From Pseudomonadota bacterium (GTDB lineage: Bacteria; Desulfobacterota; Desulfobacteria; Desulfobacterales; RPRI01): 64,000 nt of DNA. The notes under the pieces were generated by a model. That model saw only the letters and a list, made by a program, of their open reading frames with translations. It did not search any database and was not told the origin of the DNA. The translations under genes and the position numbers were made by a program. Shown piece by piece: positions 49,369-61,500 of the stretch; position 1 is the stretch's first letter, and each line of letters opens with the position of its first letter. The stretch covers positions 32,001 through 96,000 of the forward strand of contig JBDRRF010000031.1 in the NCBI GenBank assembly GCA_043825875.1, written 5' to 3'.

Positions 49369-50658
49369 ATGAAAGAAGTTGTAATAGTTGGAGGAGCAAG
49401 AACTGCTGTAGGTTCATTTGGTGGAAGCTTAAAAGATGTTTCAGTTATTGACTTAGGAGGTCTGGTTATAAAAGATGCTCTTAAAAGAACAGGGCTTAGG
49501 CCTGTTGTTGGAGCAAATACATTGGAAAATGCTCCCGAAACATTGAAAGATAAGGGAATAACCGAGCTTGAAAGCAAATATTCTGATTGGGATGATTCAA
49601 AACAACCAATTGAAATTGATGAAGTTATAATGGGAAATGTACTTCAGGCCGGATTGGGGCAAAATCCTGCAAGACAGTCAATGATACGTGGCGGTATTCC
49701 GAAGGAAACGCCTGCTTTTACCATTAATAAAGTATGCAGCTCAGGACTTCGGGCGATTGCTTTGGGGGCAACTTCCATAATGGCCGGACAGGCTGATGTT
49801 ATAATAGCCGGTGGGCAGGAAAACATGAGCCTTGTACCTATGGCGCTTCAAAAAGCCCGCTGGGGTTACAGAATGGAAATCACAGGAAACGGCCAGATCC
49901 AGGATTTAATGGTTTTGGATGGATTATATGAGATATTTTACGGCTATCACATGGGATTAACAGCTGAAAATATTGCTGCTATGTATGGGATCAGCAGAGA
50001 AGAGCAGGATCAACTTGGCGCACTTAGCCATGAAAGAGCTATGGCTGCAATAAAAAACGGCATATTTGCCCAGGAAATAACACCTGTTGTTATAAAGACG
50101 CGAAAAGGTGACACGATAGTTGATACGGATGAGCGCCCAATGGAAACAAGCGTTGAAAAAATGGGAAAATTAAGACCGGCATTCAAAAAAGACGGAACCG
50201 TGACAGCCGGAAATGCCTCCGGAATAAATGATGGTGCTGCGGCTGTTGTTATGATGAGCCTTGATAAGGCAAAAGAGCTTGGGCTTGAGCCTATTGTCTA
50301 TGTCAAGTCCTTTGCATCAGGCGGTGTTGATCCGGCATATATGGGTCTTGGACCTGTTCCTGCTATTAAAAAAGCATTAAAAACAGCCGGCATGGCATTG
50401 CAAGATATTGACATGATAGAATTAAATGAAGCATTTGCGTCCCAGGCTATCGGTTGTATGCGCGAACTTGGTATTGATAATGACAGGCCGAATGAACTGG
50501 GAAGCGGCATTTCTTTGGGGCATCCCATTGGCTGTACAGGTGCTCGCCAAATGGTTTCGGGAATGAACCAGATGAAAAGAAAAGGATATTCTACAGGCCT
50601 TATTTCCATGTGCATTGGCGGTGGTATGGGAATGGCCATGGTCATTGAAAGAAAGTAA
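49369..50658 (+). CDS. Acetyl-CoA C-acetyltransferase (thiolase)
   Basis: [41 protein letters not shown]. Confidence 0.95.
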   Translation: MKEVVIVGGARTAVGSFGGSLKDVSVIDLGGLVIKDALKRTGLRPVVGANTLENAPETLKDKGITELESKYSDWDDSKQPIEIDEVIMGNVLQAGLGQNPARQSMIRGGIPKETPAFTINKVCSSGLRAIALGATSIMAGQADVIIAGGQENMSLVPMALQKARWGYRMEITGNGQIQDLMVLDGLYEIFYGYHMGLTAENIAAMYGISREEQDQLGALSHERAMAAIKNGIFAQEITPVVIKTRKGDTIVDTDERPMETSVEKMGKLRPAFKKDGTVTAGNASGINDGAAAVVMMSLDKAKELGLEPIVYVKSFASGGVDPAYMGLGPVPAIKKALKTAGMALQDIDMIELNEAFASQAIGCMRELGIDNDRPNELGSGISLGHPIGCTGARQMVSGMNQMKRKGYSTGLISMCIGGGMGMAMVIERK

Positions 50659-50733
50659 TTTGGATATCGATTTTCACCGTTTTATATTTGGGTTTTGCGA
50701 TTTGATTATTGGGTTTTTTTGAGGGGTTGTAAG

Positions 50734-50892
50734 ATGGATCTTAGCAGAAAACTCGGGATTCTCATTTTTTGTGGTGTACCTGCCATAGTTGGCGGGGGTA
50801 TAGCATATGCTGTGTTTGGCAGTTATGCTTATGTGATTGCTTATGAAATCATTCTTATACTTGTTGCCGGAGTATTTGTCGGCAAAGCATAA
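50734..50892 (+). CDS. Small two-TM membrane protein
   Basis: GAGGGG RBS; 52-aa hydrophobic ORF. Confidence 0.6.
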   Translation: MDLSRKLGILIFCGVPAIVGGGIAYAVFGSYAYVIAYEIILILVAGVFVGKA

Positions 50893-50945
50893 AGAACAGA
50901 TATCTATTCCGGTAGTAAACTTTAAACAAAAGGTTTTGTATTATT

Positions 50946-53369
50946 ATGCAAACTGAAGAACTACATGAGATCGACTTAGAGACAGAGATGAAAAAGTCTT
51001 ATCTCGATTACGCTATGAGCGTTATTATCGGGAGGGCTTTGCCTGATGTTCGCGATGGCCTTAAGCCTGTCCATCGTCGCATTCTTTACGCCATGCGCGA
51101 GCTTAAGAATGATTGGAATAAACCGTATAAAAAATCAGCCAGAATAGTCGGTGATGTAATAGGTAAATATCATCCGCATGGTGATACGGCAGTTTATGAT
51201 ACTATTGTTCGAATGGCCCAGGATTTTTCATTAAGGTATCTGCTTGTTGATGGCCAGGGCAATTTCGGCTCTGTAGATGGAGATCCCCCTGCAGCAATGC
51301 GTTATACTGAAATCAGAATGACGCGCCTTGCCCATGAAATGATGGAAGATATCGACAAAGAGACCGTTGATGTTGTGCCGAATTATGATGAGTCTTTAAC
51401 CGAGCCTTCAATACTGCCTGCTAAAATACCATGTCTTCTGATTAACGGATCTTCAGGTATTGCTGTCGGAATGGCGACAAGTATTCCACCGCATAATCTT
51501 ACCGAAGTAATAGAAGCAATAAAAAGTCTTATAGATAACCCCGATATTACATGTGAAGAGCTTATTAAAATAGTACCGGGGCCTGATTTTCCTACAGCCG
51601 GTATAATCTACGGGAGAAGCGGAATATATGATGCTTATTCCACCGGAAGAGGTAAAGTAAAGGTTCGTGCACGAGTTCTTGTGGAAGTGGATAAAAAGAG
51701 TCAGAGCGAAACTATAGTGGTTACAGAGCTTCCATATATGGTCAATAAAGCAACCCTTATTGAAAAAATTGCCGAAATGATCCGTGACAAGCAGATAGAA
51801 GGAATAAAGTATGTACGGGATGAATCCGACAGACAAGGGATGCGGATCGCTCTTGGTCTTAAGAAAGACCAGATGGCAAAAATTATCATCAATCAACTTT
51901 ATAAGCATACCCGGATGCAAAGCACATTCGGTATCATCTTCCTTGCTGTTGTAAATAACAGACCGGAAGTACTGACATTAAAGGAAATCCTTGAGTATTT
52001 CGTACTGCACCGCAAGGATATTATTATAAAGCGGACTAAATTTGAGCTAAAGAAGGCTGAAGCACGGGCTCATATACTTGAAGGGCTCAAGATAGCGATA
52101 GATAATATTGATGCAGTAATTACATTGATTAAAAGCTCTAAATCTCCCACAGAGGCTAAACAAGCGCTTATATCTAAATTCGATATGACTCCTATTCAGT
52201 CTCAGGCTGTGTTGGATATGCGTCTTCAAAGACTTACCGGCCTTGAGCGGGAAAAGATAATTGAAGAATATGATAATATAATAAAAGATATTGCAAAGTA
52301 CAGGGCAATACTTTCCAGCGAAACTCTGGTATTAAATATCATAAAAGATGAACTTACCCTGATAAAAAGCGAATACGCCGATGTACGACGTACTGAAATT
52401 ACGGATGAAACGGAAGATATTTCAATTGAGGATTTAATCGTTGAAGAGGATATGGTTGTTACTGTTTCCAAGGATGGATATATTAAGCGGACACCCGCAA
52501 GTATATATAATGCGCAAAGTCGCGGAGGAAAAGGTAAAACTGCGATGGCAACAAAAGAAGAGGATTTTGTTTCATTGCTTTTTGTTGCATCTACTCACCA
52601 CCATTTTCTGTTTTTTACAAATCAGGGGAAAGTCTACTGGTGTAAAGTTTATGATATTCCTGAAGCCGGACGGACAAGCCGGGGTAAGGCTATAGTTAAT
52701 TTATTAAACTTTGCACAAGGTGAAAAACTTACTACCGTTCTTGCTGTAAAGGATTTTGAGCCGGGGTCTTTTGTGATCATGGCAACAAAGCGGGGGCAGG
52801 TTAAAAGGACGGATATCATGGCATACAGCCGGCCAAGAGTAGGAGGAATCAAGGCTTTAAAACTTGATGATGGAGATGAGCTTATAGCAGTGCGTATTAC
52901 TGATGGTACGCTTAATGTTTTTGTTTGTTCAGCTTCGGGGAAATCTATTCGTTTCCATGAATCGGATATACGGGCAACTGGCCGTGTTACCGGAGGAATG
53001 CGGGGGATGCGTTTGTCCAAGGATGACCGGATTGTGGGAATGGAGGTTTTAAGCCATGGACAGACGCTTTTTGCGGTTACGGAAAACGGTTTCGGCAAAA
53101 GGACATCTATTGATGAATATCCTGTTCATAAAAGAGGAGGAAAGGGTGTCATATGTATAAAAACCAGTGAAAGAAACGGCCAGGTTGTAACAATAATTAT
53201 TGTAGATGAGGATGATGACCTTATGCTTATGACAGACTCCGGTAAAATTATTCGTACTCCCATAAGCGGTATTTCGGTTATCAGCCGCAATACTCAGGGA
53301 GTCAAGCTTATGAACAGAGAAGAGCCTGAAAAAGTTATCGGAGCGGTGAGGCTTGCTGAAAAAGACTAG
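50946..53369 (+). CDS. gyrA: DNA gyrase subunit A
   Basis: [24 protein letters not shown]; GyrA-box QSRGGKG; C-terminal pinwheel repeats. Confidence 0.98.
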   Translation: MQTEELHEIDLETEMKKSYLDYAMSVIIGRALPDVRDGLKPVHRRILYAMRELKNDWNKPYKKSARIVGDVIGKYHPHGDTAVYDTIVRMAQDFSLRYLLVDGQGNFGSVDGDPPAAMRYTEIRMTRLAHEMMEDIDKETVDVVPNYDESLTEPSILPAKIPCLLINGSSGIAVGMATSIPPHNLTEVIEAIKSLIDNPDITCEELIKIVPGPDFPTAGIIYGRSGIYDAYSTGRGKVKVRARVLVEVDKKSQSETIVVTELPYMVNKATLIEKIAEMIRDKQIEGIKYVRDESDRQGMRIALGLKKDQMAKIIINQLYKHTRMQSTFGIIFLAVVNNRPEVLTLKEILEYFVLHRKDIIIKRTKFELKKAEARAHILEGLKIAIDNIDAVITLIKSSKSPTEAKQALISKFDMTPIQSQAVLDMRLQRLTGLEREKIIEEYDNIIKDIAKYRAILSSETLVLNIIKDELTLIKSEYADVRRTEITDETEDISIEDLIVEEDMVVTVSKDGYIKRTPASIYNAQSRGGKGKTAMATKEEDFVSLLFVASTHHHFLFFTNQGKVYWCKVYDIPEAGRTSRGKAIVNLLNFAQGEKLTTVLAVKDFEPGSFVIMATKRGQVKRTDIMAYSRPRVGGIKALKLDDGDELIAVRITDGTLNVFVCSASGKSIRFHESDIRATGRVTGGMRGMRLSKDDRIVGMEVLSHGQTLFAVTENGFGKRTSIDEYPVHKRGGKGVICIKTSERNGQVVTIIIVDEDDDLMLMTDSGKIIRTPISGISVISRNTQGVKLMNREEPEKVIGAVRLAEKD

Positions 53370-53418
53370 TACAGGGTCGGGAGAATATACCATATAAGAG
53401 GATATGGATGAATTTTAG

Positions 53419-54450
53419 ATGATGGATATATCAGATATAAATAATGCTAATATAGGTGTGATTGGGGCAGGAAGCTGGGGTACTGCGCTTGCCAATCTTT
53501 TAGGTAATAAAGGATTTAAGGTTGATTTCTGGGTTTTTGAAAAGGAAATAAAAGAACAGATCGAAGAATTTCGCGAGAATAAGGTTTTTCTTCCGGATAT
53601 AGTACTTTCTTCAAATATTATTCCTTCAAATAATATTGCCTATGCTGTTAAAGAAAAAGATCTTGTTCTTATAGTTGTGCCATCCCATGTGATGCGCGAA
53701 ACAGCTATGAAAATTTCGGGCTTGATTGATAAAAAAACAATTATAGTTACTGCTTCAAAGGGAATAGAAAATGGTACATATCTTACCATGACTGGTGTTC
53801 TCAAGGAGTGTATCACTAATATTTGTGAAGATAATTTTGCTGTTCTTTCAGGGCCGAGTTTTGCAAAGGAAGTAGCAAAAAACTTGCCTACGGCAGTAAC
53901 AGCGGCATCAAAAAGTCCGGATGTTGCAGCTTTTGTTCAGCTCCTGTTTGCAACTCCATTTTTCAGGGTATATACCAATGATGATATAATAGGGGTTGAA
54001 TTGGGAGGTGCAGTCAAAAATGTTATAGCTATTGCTGCAGGAATTATAGACGGTCTTGATCTGGGATTAAATACCAGAGCAGCACTTATAACAAGAGGAC
54101 TGGCAGAGCTAAAGCGACTAGGGCTTGCAATGGGTGCAAAGCCTGAAACATTTACAGGTCTTGCCGGTGTCGGTGACCTGGTTCTTACCTGTACAGGCGA
54201 TTTAAGCAGAAATCATATGATTGGCAAAAAAATAGGCGAAAACAAGAAACTAAAGGAAATCCTTTCCGAAATGCGTATGGTTGCAGAAGGTGTAAATACT
54301 ACAAAGTCGGTTTATAATCTTTCTAAAAAACTTGGTGTTGAAATGCCTATCACCGATCAGATTTACAGCATATTATACGAAGATGTTTCTCCGAAGGAGG
54401 CTCTCCTTAATCTTATGACGCGTGATCTTAAGCAGGAAGTGGATGAGTAA
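53419..54450 (+). CDS. gpsA: NAD(P)H-dependent glycerol-3-phosphate dehydrogenase
   Basis: GAGSWGTALA; SGPSFAKEV; GGAVKNVIAI; GDLVLTCT..LSRN. Confidence 0.96.
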   Translation: MMDISDINNANIGVIGAGSWGTALANLLGNKGFKVDFWVFEKEIKEQIEEFRENKVFLPDIVLSSNIIPSNNIAYAVKEKDLVLIVVPSHVMRETAMKISGLIDKKTIIVTASKGIENGTYLTMTGVLKECITNICEDNFAVLSGPSFAKEVAKNLPTAVTAASKSPDVAAFVQLLFATPFFRVYTNDDIIGVELGGAVKNVIAIAAGIIDGLDLGLNTRAALITRGLAELKRLGLAMGAKPETFTGLAGVGDLVLTCTGDLSRNHMIGKKIGENKKLKEILSEMRMVAEGVNTTKSVYNLSKKLGVEMPITDQIYSILYEDVSPKEALLNLMTRDLKQEVDE

Positions 54451-55195
54451 AGACAGAATACAGGAAAAAGGCGAAGGCCACAGGCAAAGGCTTCGAGATA
54501 AATTCCTGTCGTCAGGCCTTTCCGGTTTTCATGATTATGAAGTAATAGAACTTTTACTGACTCTTGCTACCCCACGCAAAGACTGCAAGGAATCTGCAAA
54601 GGCGGCTTTAAACAAATTTAAGACTTTTCAGGCAGTCCTTGAAGCTTCCCCCTCTGAATTGTGTAAGATAAAAGGCATAGGGCCTGTAAATCTTTTTGGG
54701 ATCAAGCTTGTTAATGATGTTGCAAACAGGTATCTTGAAAAGAAATTGATTAATAAAGATCCTATAAACAATTCCAAAGAATTGTTCGATTATCTTAATC
54801 ATAATCTAAGGGACAAAAACATTGAGTGCTTTGAGGTGATTTTTCTTGATGCCAAGAACAAAGTCATAAGAGCCGAAACCCTTTTTAAGGGTTCGCTTAC
54901 TTCAAGTTCCGTATATCCAAGAGAAGTAGCACGGGCTGCACTAGATTATCATGCAGCAGCTCTTATTTTCGCACATAACCATCCGTCAGGTGATCCTGAA
55001 CCTTCTGCCGAAGACATTGCAGTAACAAGACAGCTTGTTTTTGCATGCAAGGTAATGGGTGTTTCCGTCCATGAACATATTATAATAGGCGACAATAAAT
55101 ATTACAGCTTTGCAGATCATGGTTATATTGAAAAGATTAACCTGGAATTTAATTTGCAGACAAAAGAATTTGAAGCAAAAAATTTGCCGAAATGA
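54443..55195 (+). CDS. radC: RadC/JAB-domain protein
   Basis: GHRQRLR; IKGIG; VYPREV; AHNHPSGDPEPSAED; HEHIIIG. Confidence 0.95.
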   Translation: MSKDRIQEKGEGHRQRLRDKFLSSGLSGFHDYEVIELLLTLATPRKDCKESAKAALNKFKTFQAVLEASPSELCKIKGIGPVNLFGIKLVNDVANRYLEKKLINKDPINNSKELFDYLNHNLRDKNIECFEVIFLDAKNKVIRAETLFKGSLTSSSVYPREVARAALDYHAAALIFAHNHPSGDPEPSAEDIAVTRQLVFACKVMGVSVHEHIIIGDNKYYSFADHGYIEKINLEFNLQTKEFEAKNLPK

Positions 55196-55467
55196 ATGCT
55201 GACCACAAAAAACATCCGGATTGTTTTGGGAAAATGGACATTGTTTTTCCAATGGCCGATGACGGCTTAAGATGTTCGCCGGAGTCCTGTCTTGCATGCG
55301 ATTTAAAGACCGATTGCTTAAAAACAGCTATGAATCAGAAAGAAGGTTTAAAAGCGCAAGAAGAATTTACCGACAGGTTTTATGAAGCAGGCATGATCGG
55401 CTTTTTAAAAAGATGGTCTGATAAGAAAATTCTTCACCGCAAGATTAATAAAAAGAATAAGGAGTAA
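55192..55467 (+). CDS. Small Cys-containing hypothetical protein
   Basis: PDCFG...C.AC..KTDCL; translationally coupled between radC and pgk. Confidence 0.7.
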   Translation: MNADHKKHPDCFGKMDIVFPMADDGLRCSPESCLACDLKTDCLKTAMNQKEGLKAQEEFTDRFYEAGMIGFLKRWSDKKILHRKINKKNKE

Positions 55468-55471
55468 AGTT

Positions 55472-56668
55472 TTGAAAACTATAAAAGACATTAACCTTTC
55501 GGGCAAACGTGTGTTTATAAGAGTTGATTTTAATGTGCCTTTAGATGAAAAGCTTAATATAACTGATGATACCAGAATAAGTTTTGCACTTCCTTCCTTA
55601 AAATACGCGATAGAAAATAAAGCAAAGCTTATTGTTGCATCTCATCTTGGCAGACCGAAAGGAAAAGTTTCTCCACAGTTTAGTCTTTTGCCGGTAGCAA
55701 AACGCCTTAGTTCTTATTTGGACAAAGAAGTTAAGATGGCTTCCGACTGTATAGGGCCTGATGTTGATTCTTTAATATCTTCAATGTCTGAAGCAGATGT
55801 GTTGCTTCTTGAAAACTTAAGATTTCATCCGGAAGAAGAAAAAAATGACGATAATTTTGCAAAAGAACTGGCCAAGCTTTGTGATGTATATGTTAATGAT
55901 GCATTTGCAGTATCTCATAGGGCGAATGCTTCTGTTGCCGCAATAACAGAGCATGCAACAGTGTCGGTTGCAGGATTATTACTTGAAAAAGAGCTGGAAT
56001 ACTTTGAAAAAGCCATGACAAACCCAAAGCGACCGCTTGTGGCAGTGGTTGGAGGGGCGAAAGTTTCAAGCAAGTTGGCTGCTCTTGAAAATATGATTTT
56101 GCGCGTGGATAAACTGATAATAGGCGGTGCAATGGCAAATACTTTCTTAAAAAGCCAGGGCATTGATGTTGGGGATTCAAAGGTTGAAGAAGATCTTCTT
56201 GAAGTTGCCGCATCTATAATGAAAAAAGCTTCTGAAAAAGGTGTTAAATTTTATCTTCCGGTTGATGGAATTGTTGCTGATTCTTTTTCTCCCGATGCAG
56301 CGACAAAAATTGTGCCTGTAGCCAAAATACCGGCAAAGTGGATGATGCTTGATATAGGGCCTGAGTCATCTCTGCTTTTTTCAAAAGCTTTAAAGGATGC
56401 AGGAACAATAATCTGGAACGGCCCTCTCGGGGCATTTGAAATGGAAGCTTTTGCCAAAGGTACAATGTCTATGGCAAATGATCTGGCAAATTCGAAAGCA
56501 TTGACCATAGTTGGCGGAGGAGATACTGATTCGGCTGTCCATAAAGCAGGTAAAGCAGGCAGTATAACTTTTATTTCAACAGGAGGCGGTGCTTTTCTTG
56601 AGCTGCTTGAAGGCAAGACTTTGCCTGCTGTTGCAGCTTTGGCCAAAGCTCAACAAAAAACAGTATAA
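55472..56668 (+). CDS. pgk: Phosphoglycerate kinase
   Basis: [43 protein letters not shown]. Confidence 0.98.
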   Translation: MKTIKDINLSGKRVFIRVDFNVPLDEKLNITDDTRISFALPSLKYAIENKAKLIVASHLGRPKGKVSPQFSLLPVAKRLSSYLDKEVKMASDCIGPDVDSLISSMSEADVLLLENLRFHPEEEKNDDNFAKELAKLCDVYVNDAFAVSHRANASVAAITEHATVSVAGLLLEKELEYFEKAMTNPKRPLVAVVGGAKVSSKLAALENMILRVDKLIIGGAMANTFLKSQGIDVGDSKVEEDLLEVAASIMKKASEKGVKFYLPVDGIVADSFSPDAATKIVPVAKIPAKWMMLDIGPESSLLFSKALKDAGTIIWNGPLGAFEMEAFAKGTMSMANDLANSKALTIVGGGDTDSAVHKAGKAGSITFISTGGGAFLELLEGKTLPAVAALAKAQQKTV

Positions 56669-56689
56669 AAACAAAAGCTGTTTTTACCT

Positions 56690-57394
56690 ATGAAAAATCT
56701 CAGTTCTCATAAATTGGGTATGCTGATTGGTGTCTGTATTATTGCTGTTGCAGTGGTAATATATATTTTCAGGACTCCCTTGTGGGATTTGACTCTTTTT
56801 TATTGGAATCTTTTATCCGACAGGGAACAGATTAAAACATTTATTACATCGTTTGGAATTCTCGCCCCTATAGCTTTTATAGCTATCCAGATCCTTCAGG
56901 TAATTTTTGCTCCTGTTCCTGGTGAAGCAACGGGCTTTATCGGCGGATATCTTTTTGGTGCTTTACAGGGTTTTATTTATTCAAGCATAGGACTTGCAGT
57001 TGGATCGTGGATAAATTTTCTTATAGGTCGTTTTTTAGGCAAGCGGGTCATCAGAAAAATAATCCCTTCAAACTATCTGACTAAATTTGATTCTACAATT
57101 AAGCACCAGGGGGTTTTAGTGCTTTTTGTTCTGTTTGTTTTTCCCGGTTTTCCCAAAGATTATCTTTGCCTGTTTCTTGGCATAAGTGCTCTTCCGATTA
57201 AAGTATTTATTCTTCTCGCCACTATAGGGCGCATGCCCGGAACTTTGATGTTAAGTTTTCAGGGAGCATCCCTTTATGATAAAGCGTACGGGCCCTTTAT
57301 AATTATAACGGTAATTTGTATTGTCTTTATGGCCATTGGATATAAATACCGCGATGCTATTTATCAGTGGGTTGATAAAGTTAACAACAAGTAA
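56690..57394 (+). CDS. TVP38/TMEM64 (VTT/DedA) family membrane protein
   Basis: QVIFAPVPGE; GGYLFG; FPGFPKDYL; GRMPG. Confidence 0.88.
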   Translation: MKNLSSHKLGMLIGVCIIAVAVVIYIFRTPLWDLTLFYWNLLSDREQIKTFITSFGILAPIAFIAIQILQVIFAPVPGEATGFIGGYLFGALQGFIYSSIGLAVGSWINFLIGRFLGKRVIRKIIPSNYLTKFDSTIKHQGVLVLFVLFVFPGFPKDYLCLFLGISALPIKVFILLATIGRMPGTLMLSFQGASLYDKAYGPFIIITVICIVFMAIGYKYRDAIYQWVDKVNNK

Positions 57395-57521
57395 TACTTC
57401 AGCTCGCATTACTTATGGCGGGTAAGAATGGGTGTGGAGCTGCAAGCCCGTTATCGAAGTATGATGCAATGAAAAAGACAATGCCTAAGAAAAAATATAT
57501 AACACAGAACTGCAACTAACT

Positions 57522-57758
57522 TTGAACCACGTTAAAAAATTGCAGGGACTTCTTCCAATTTGTGCTTCATGTAAGAAAATTAAAGATGACAAAGGTTATT
57601 GGAATCAGATTGAATCCTACATTGTAGAGCATTCTGAGGTTCAATTTAGTCATGGACTTTGTGAGGAATGTTCTGAAAAGCTTTATGGTAAAGAAGATTG
57701 GTATAAAAAATTGAAAAGAAAAAGTGAACCATATAATCGGATAGCCGGAGATTTTTAA
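57522..57758 (+). pseudogene. Orphan C-terminal Cys/His (putative zinc-binding) domain of a PAS/receiver signalling protein, 5' truncated
   Basis: LQGLLPICASCKKIKDDKGYWNQIESYI..HS...FSHGLC..C; upstream domains missing, stop codon immediately upstream. Confidence 0.7.
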
Positions 57759-57806
57759 ACTAAAAAAGCCTCTTCGCCTTCTCGGTTACTGTGCAGAATA
57801 ATGTTC

Positions 57807-58190
57807 TTATGCGATCCCTTTCCCCTTTTTATATAATACCCAATGACATTCGCCCTGGCGCTGGTAATGCTGTGCGCTAAATGCACCAATAAGATGTATT
57901 CTCCAGTCATAATCTGGCTCTGAAACTGCCAACTCTTCAGCTTCAGCCACGGATATATAATCATTGCAGCTTTGCGCTTGCTTTTCCGAATATACACACT
58001 CACCATTTTTAGTCAGTAATGCATTGCCGAACCCAACTGCAATTACTTCTTGCATGGACAGGGATATATGTTTGCATCCACATAAAGGGCATATCTCATT
58101 TTTTGCTTCAATACAGGGAAGATATTTAAATTCCGTTAAGGGTTCAGACGAAAACCTATCTGACTTTGGTAGAATTTTACAGTTATTCAT
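57807..58190 (-). CDS. Hypothetical protein with CxxC
   Basis: AAGGA RBS; CPLCGC; AVGFG; DWRIHL. Confidence 0.65.
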   Translation of the reverse strand: MNNCKILPKSDRFSSEPLTEFKYLPCIEAKNEICPLCGCKHISLSMQEVIAVGFGNALLTKNGECVYSEKQAQSCNDYISVAEAEELAVSEPDYDWRIHLIGAFSAQHYQRQGECHWVLYKKGKGIA

Positions 58191-58567
58191 AGAGGTCCTT
58201 TTTATTGCAAGTAATAGTAATTATAATGATATTGGTCTAATTCTTATAGCTTATAACTTTACAGGAAATGCCCTTTTTTGATACGCTTCCTTATTTACTA
58301 CAGAACAACTTACAAATAGCATACAGATTGACTGAATAATGATTTTTTTACTGTTTTTTTTAATTAAAAGCGTATGAGGCATATTTTTTTATACTTGACG
58401 CATTAATTTTTATTATGATAATGATAACTTCGGTCGTGTTGCTCGTATCATTTTTCTATAGACATCGGGCCAAAAGACTATTTTCTACTTCCCTGTCTTT
58501 GGTTTTCCCGAAAGCAAATCCTTTTTAAGCGATAAGCTGCTTTTAGAGGATTGGAAGATTATTTTTC

Positions 58568-61500
58568 ATGAAAGGAACCAACGCCTCAATATCCAAAATA
58601 TCGCGGCCCGCGCTCACGAATGTCTTTCATAGAACAAGACTGTTTGAGGCGTTGGAGATTGGCAGCAAACCCATTGTCTGGATCTCTGGCCCTGCGGGCT
58701 CAGGAAAGACCACGTTTGCTGCGAGCTATTTGGATTACACAGGAATTCCGTGTCTTTGGTATCGTGTGGACAAAAGCGATTCTGACATAGAGAATTTTTT
58801 CTATTATATGGGGCTAGCGGCAAAGAAAGCAGCTCCACGTTTCAAAAAGCCGCTTGAAACTTTAAGACCTGAATATCTACAGGGAATACCGGTTTTCACA
58901 CAAAGATTCTTCGAAGACCTTTATCGCAGGCTGAAACCTCCTTTTGTAATTATTTTGGACGATTACCAGGAAGCACTTGAAACCTCCGACTTTCATGAGA
59001 TTGTTAATATAGGCTTGTCTGATGTACCTGACGGTACGCGTGTTTTTATTCTAAGCAGGAATGAACCGCCCCCGGCTCATATCGGGCTGCGTGCAGGTAA
59101 CAAGATGCATTTTATCAGATGGGATGATCTTCGCTTTACACTCGATGAATCGAAACAGTTCACGCAAATTGTCGGAAAGCAAGAGCTGACGGACAATGAA
59201 ATCACAGGCATGCACAACAGCATCGAAGGCTGGGCTGCAGGTCTTGTTTTGCTTATGGAAAACAATGCCTACGCGGCAACAGCACTGAAACCTCCCCAAA
59301 AACCATTGCGGAAAGATGTGTTTAGCTATTTTGCGAGGGAGGTTTTCGACAGGCTTGATGAAAAGATGCAAGGTTTTTTGTTAAAGACAGCATTGCTACC
59401 GGTAATACCGGCGAAGATTGCGGAAAGGCTGGCTGGAAAGGGTGCTGAAGATATGCTTGAAACTCTTAGAGGCAGCCATTTTTTTACTGAGCTAAATTTG
59501 ACACCTAAACCTGTATACAGATATCACTCCCTGTTCAGAGATTTTCTGATTGCCCGCATGAGAGAATCTTTTAGCCCGGAAGATATCTTTCAGGAGCAAA
59601 GGCGTGCTGCATCGCTGCTTGAGGAATCAGGTCAGGTGGAACATGCAGCGGATCTTTGGATTGAATGTGAAGATTGGGAGGCACTTTCGGCCCTTATATT
59701 GAAAAACGCTGAAATACTTCTTGGTCAGGGCAGGATCCAATCTCTGGCCGGCTGGCTTAACAGGCTACCTGATGAAGCACTTTCTAAATCCCCATGGCTC
59801 TTTTATTGGCTGGGTATGTGCCGCCTTTTATTTGATCCTGCTTCTGCAAGACAATATCTTGAAAAAGCGTTTGATGAGTTTAATAAAGCCGACAACCTTG
59901 CGGGGGCCTTGCTTTCATGGTCTTTTATTATAGAGAGTTTCGGTTATGAGTTTGCTGATTTTACCCCGCTTCAGATGTGGATCAAGCGCCTATATAAATT
60001 AATGGGCAGGAGGCGACTAAACTTTCCCTCAGTCCAAATTGAGACCAGAGTAGCTGCCGGTATGGTGTTTGCTATGACAACCGCATGGCCTTGGCACGCC
60101 GATATGGAAGATTGGATAAAAAGGTCGCTTAAATTAGCAAGAGAATGTGGTGACCAAACACTTTGCTGTACAGCTTTTTTTTCGGTTTGTCTTCATTACG
60201 CATTATCCGGAGATTTTAAAAAATTCTCCTTATTGATGGAAGAAATGCGCAATATGGCCAGGAGGTCCGGAGCTAGTCTGTTTGTAAAAGCTATATTTAT
60301 TGTACTTGAAGCCCATCTTTGCCTTGCCTTTCATATTGGTTCTGATCATAGAGATGCGGCAAAAATTATTTCAGCAGCACTTGAATTCTCTGCCAAAACA
60401 GGCATCCATTATTTTGATTACCTTGTTTTATATACAAAGGCTTTTGTCGAGTTCGAAGCCGGAGATCTTGCGGCAGGAGATGAAAGCTTGCGTGCTCTTG
60501 AAGCTATATTGGATCCCAGGCAAAGACTTCGTGTTGCATTTTTTCATCGTCTTTTAGCTTATCGTGAGTTTGTGGCAGGAAATTTCTCTAAGGCATTGAC
60601 TCGTGCCGAAGAAGCACTCAAAATCTCAGAAAAGGGTGGGTATGTCTATGTGACGGCAAACAGCCATTTGGCGATTGCCCGAGTCCTGCATGTAATAAAG
60701 CAGACTGATAAGGCCCAAAACCATATCCGGTCGGCTATGGATCTTTCATGCGGGTCGAAGCTATTTTATTTTATGTGCATTCTTGCCCAGGCACACTTTG
60801 CTTTCGACACGGGCAAAGAGGAAGAAGGTCTGAGTCTGTTGCGGCAGGGTTTTCTAATCGGAAGAGAGCAAAATTATATGGGTTTTGTATACTGGTGGGA
60901 GCCAAAAATTATGGCTTTTCTTTGTGCAAAAGCTCTTAGCGCAGGTATAGAAACTGACTATGTCAGACAATTCGTTAGCAATAGGAAACTCATAGAATAC
61001 CAAGTCCCGGTAGAATTGGAAGGCTGGCCCTGGCCACTTAAGATTTATACATTTAGCGAGTTCAGGATTGAACGGGATGGAAATAATCTGGATTTCAAAG
61101 GCAAGGCTCCCCAGAAGCCCTTGGCACTTCTTAAGGTGCTGATTTGCCTCGATCACAATAATGTACCTGAAGAAGATATTGCGGACGCACTTTGGCCTGA
61201 AACCGACGGAGATTTGGCCCATAAATCCTGTGAAATAACACTTCTGCGTCTCCGAAATATCATAGGAAAAGAGGTTGTTTCGGTCAATGGAGGGTTGGTC
61301 TCGCTGCACAAAAAATATTGCTGGACAGATCTTAGAGCGATCAGGAGCCTGTTGGATCAGGCTGAGAGCTCATGGGCAAAGGCAAAGAGAGAGCGGGAAT
61401 TCAAAGCAGCCATAGACTTGACCGGCAGGGCTATGGGCCTGTACAAAGGAGACTTCCTTCCGGGGGACTCTACAAAGAGCTGGGTTATGACTGTCCGTGA

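Noticed and set aside
50946..53369. gyrA without adjacent gyrB, or possible parC
   Set aside because: GyrA-box QSRGGKG is present; separation from gyrB is common
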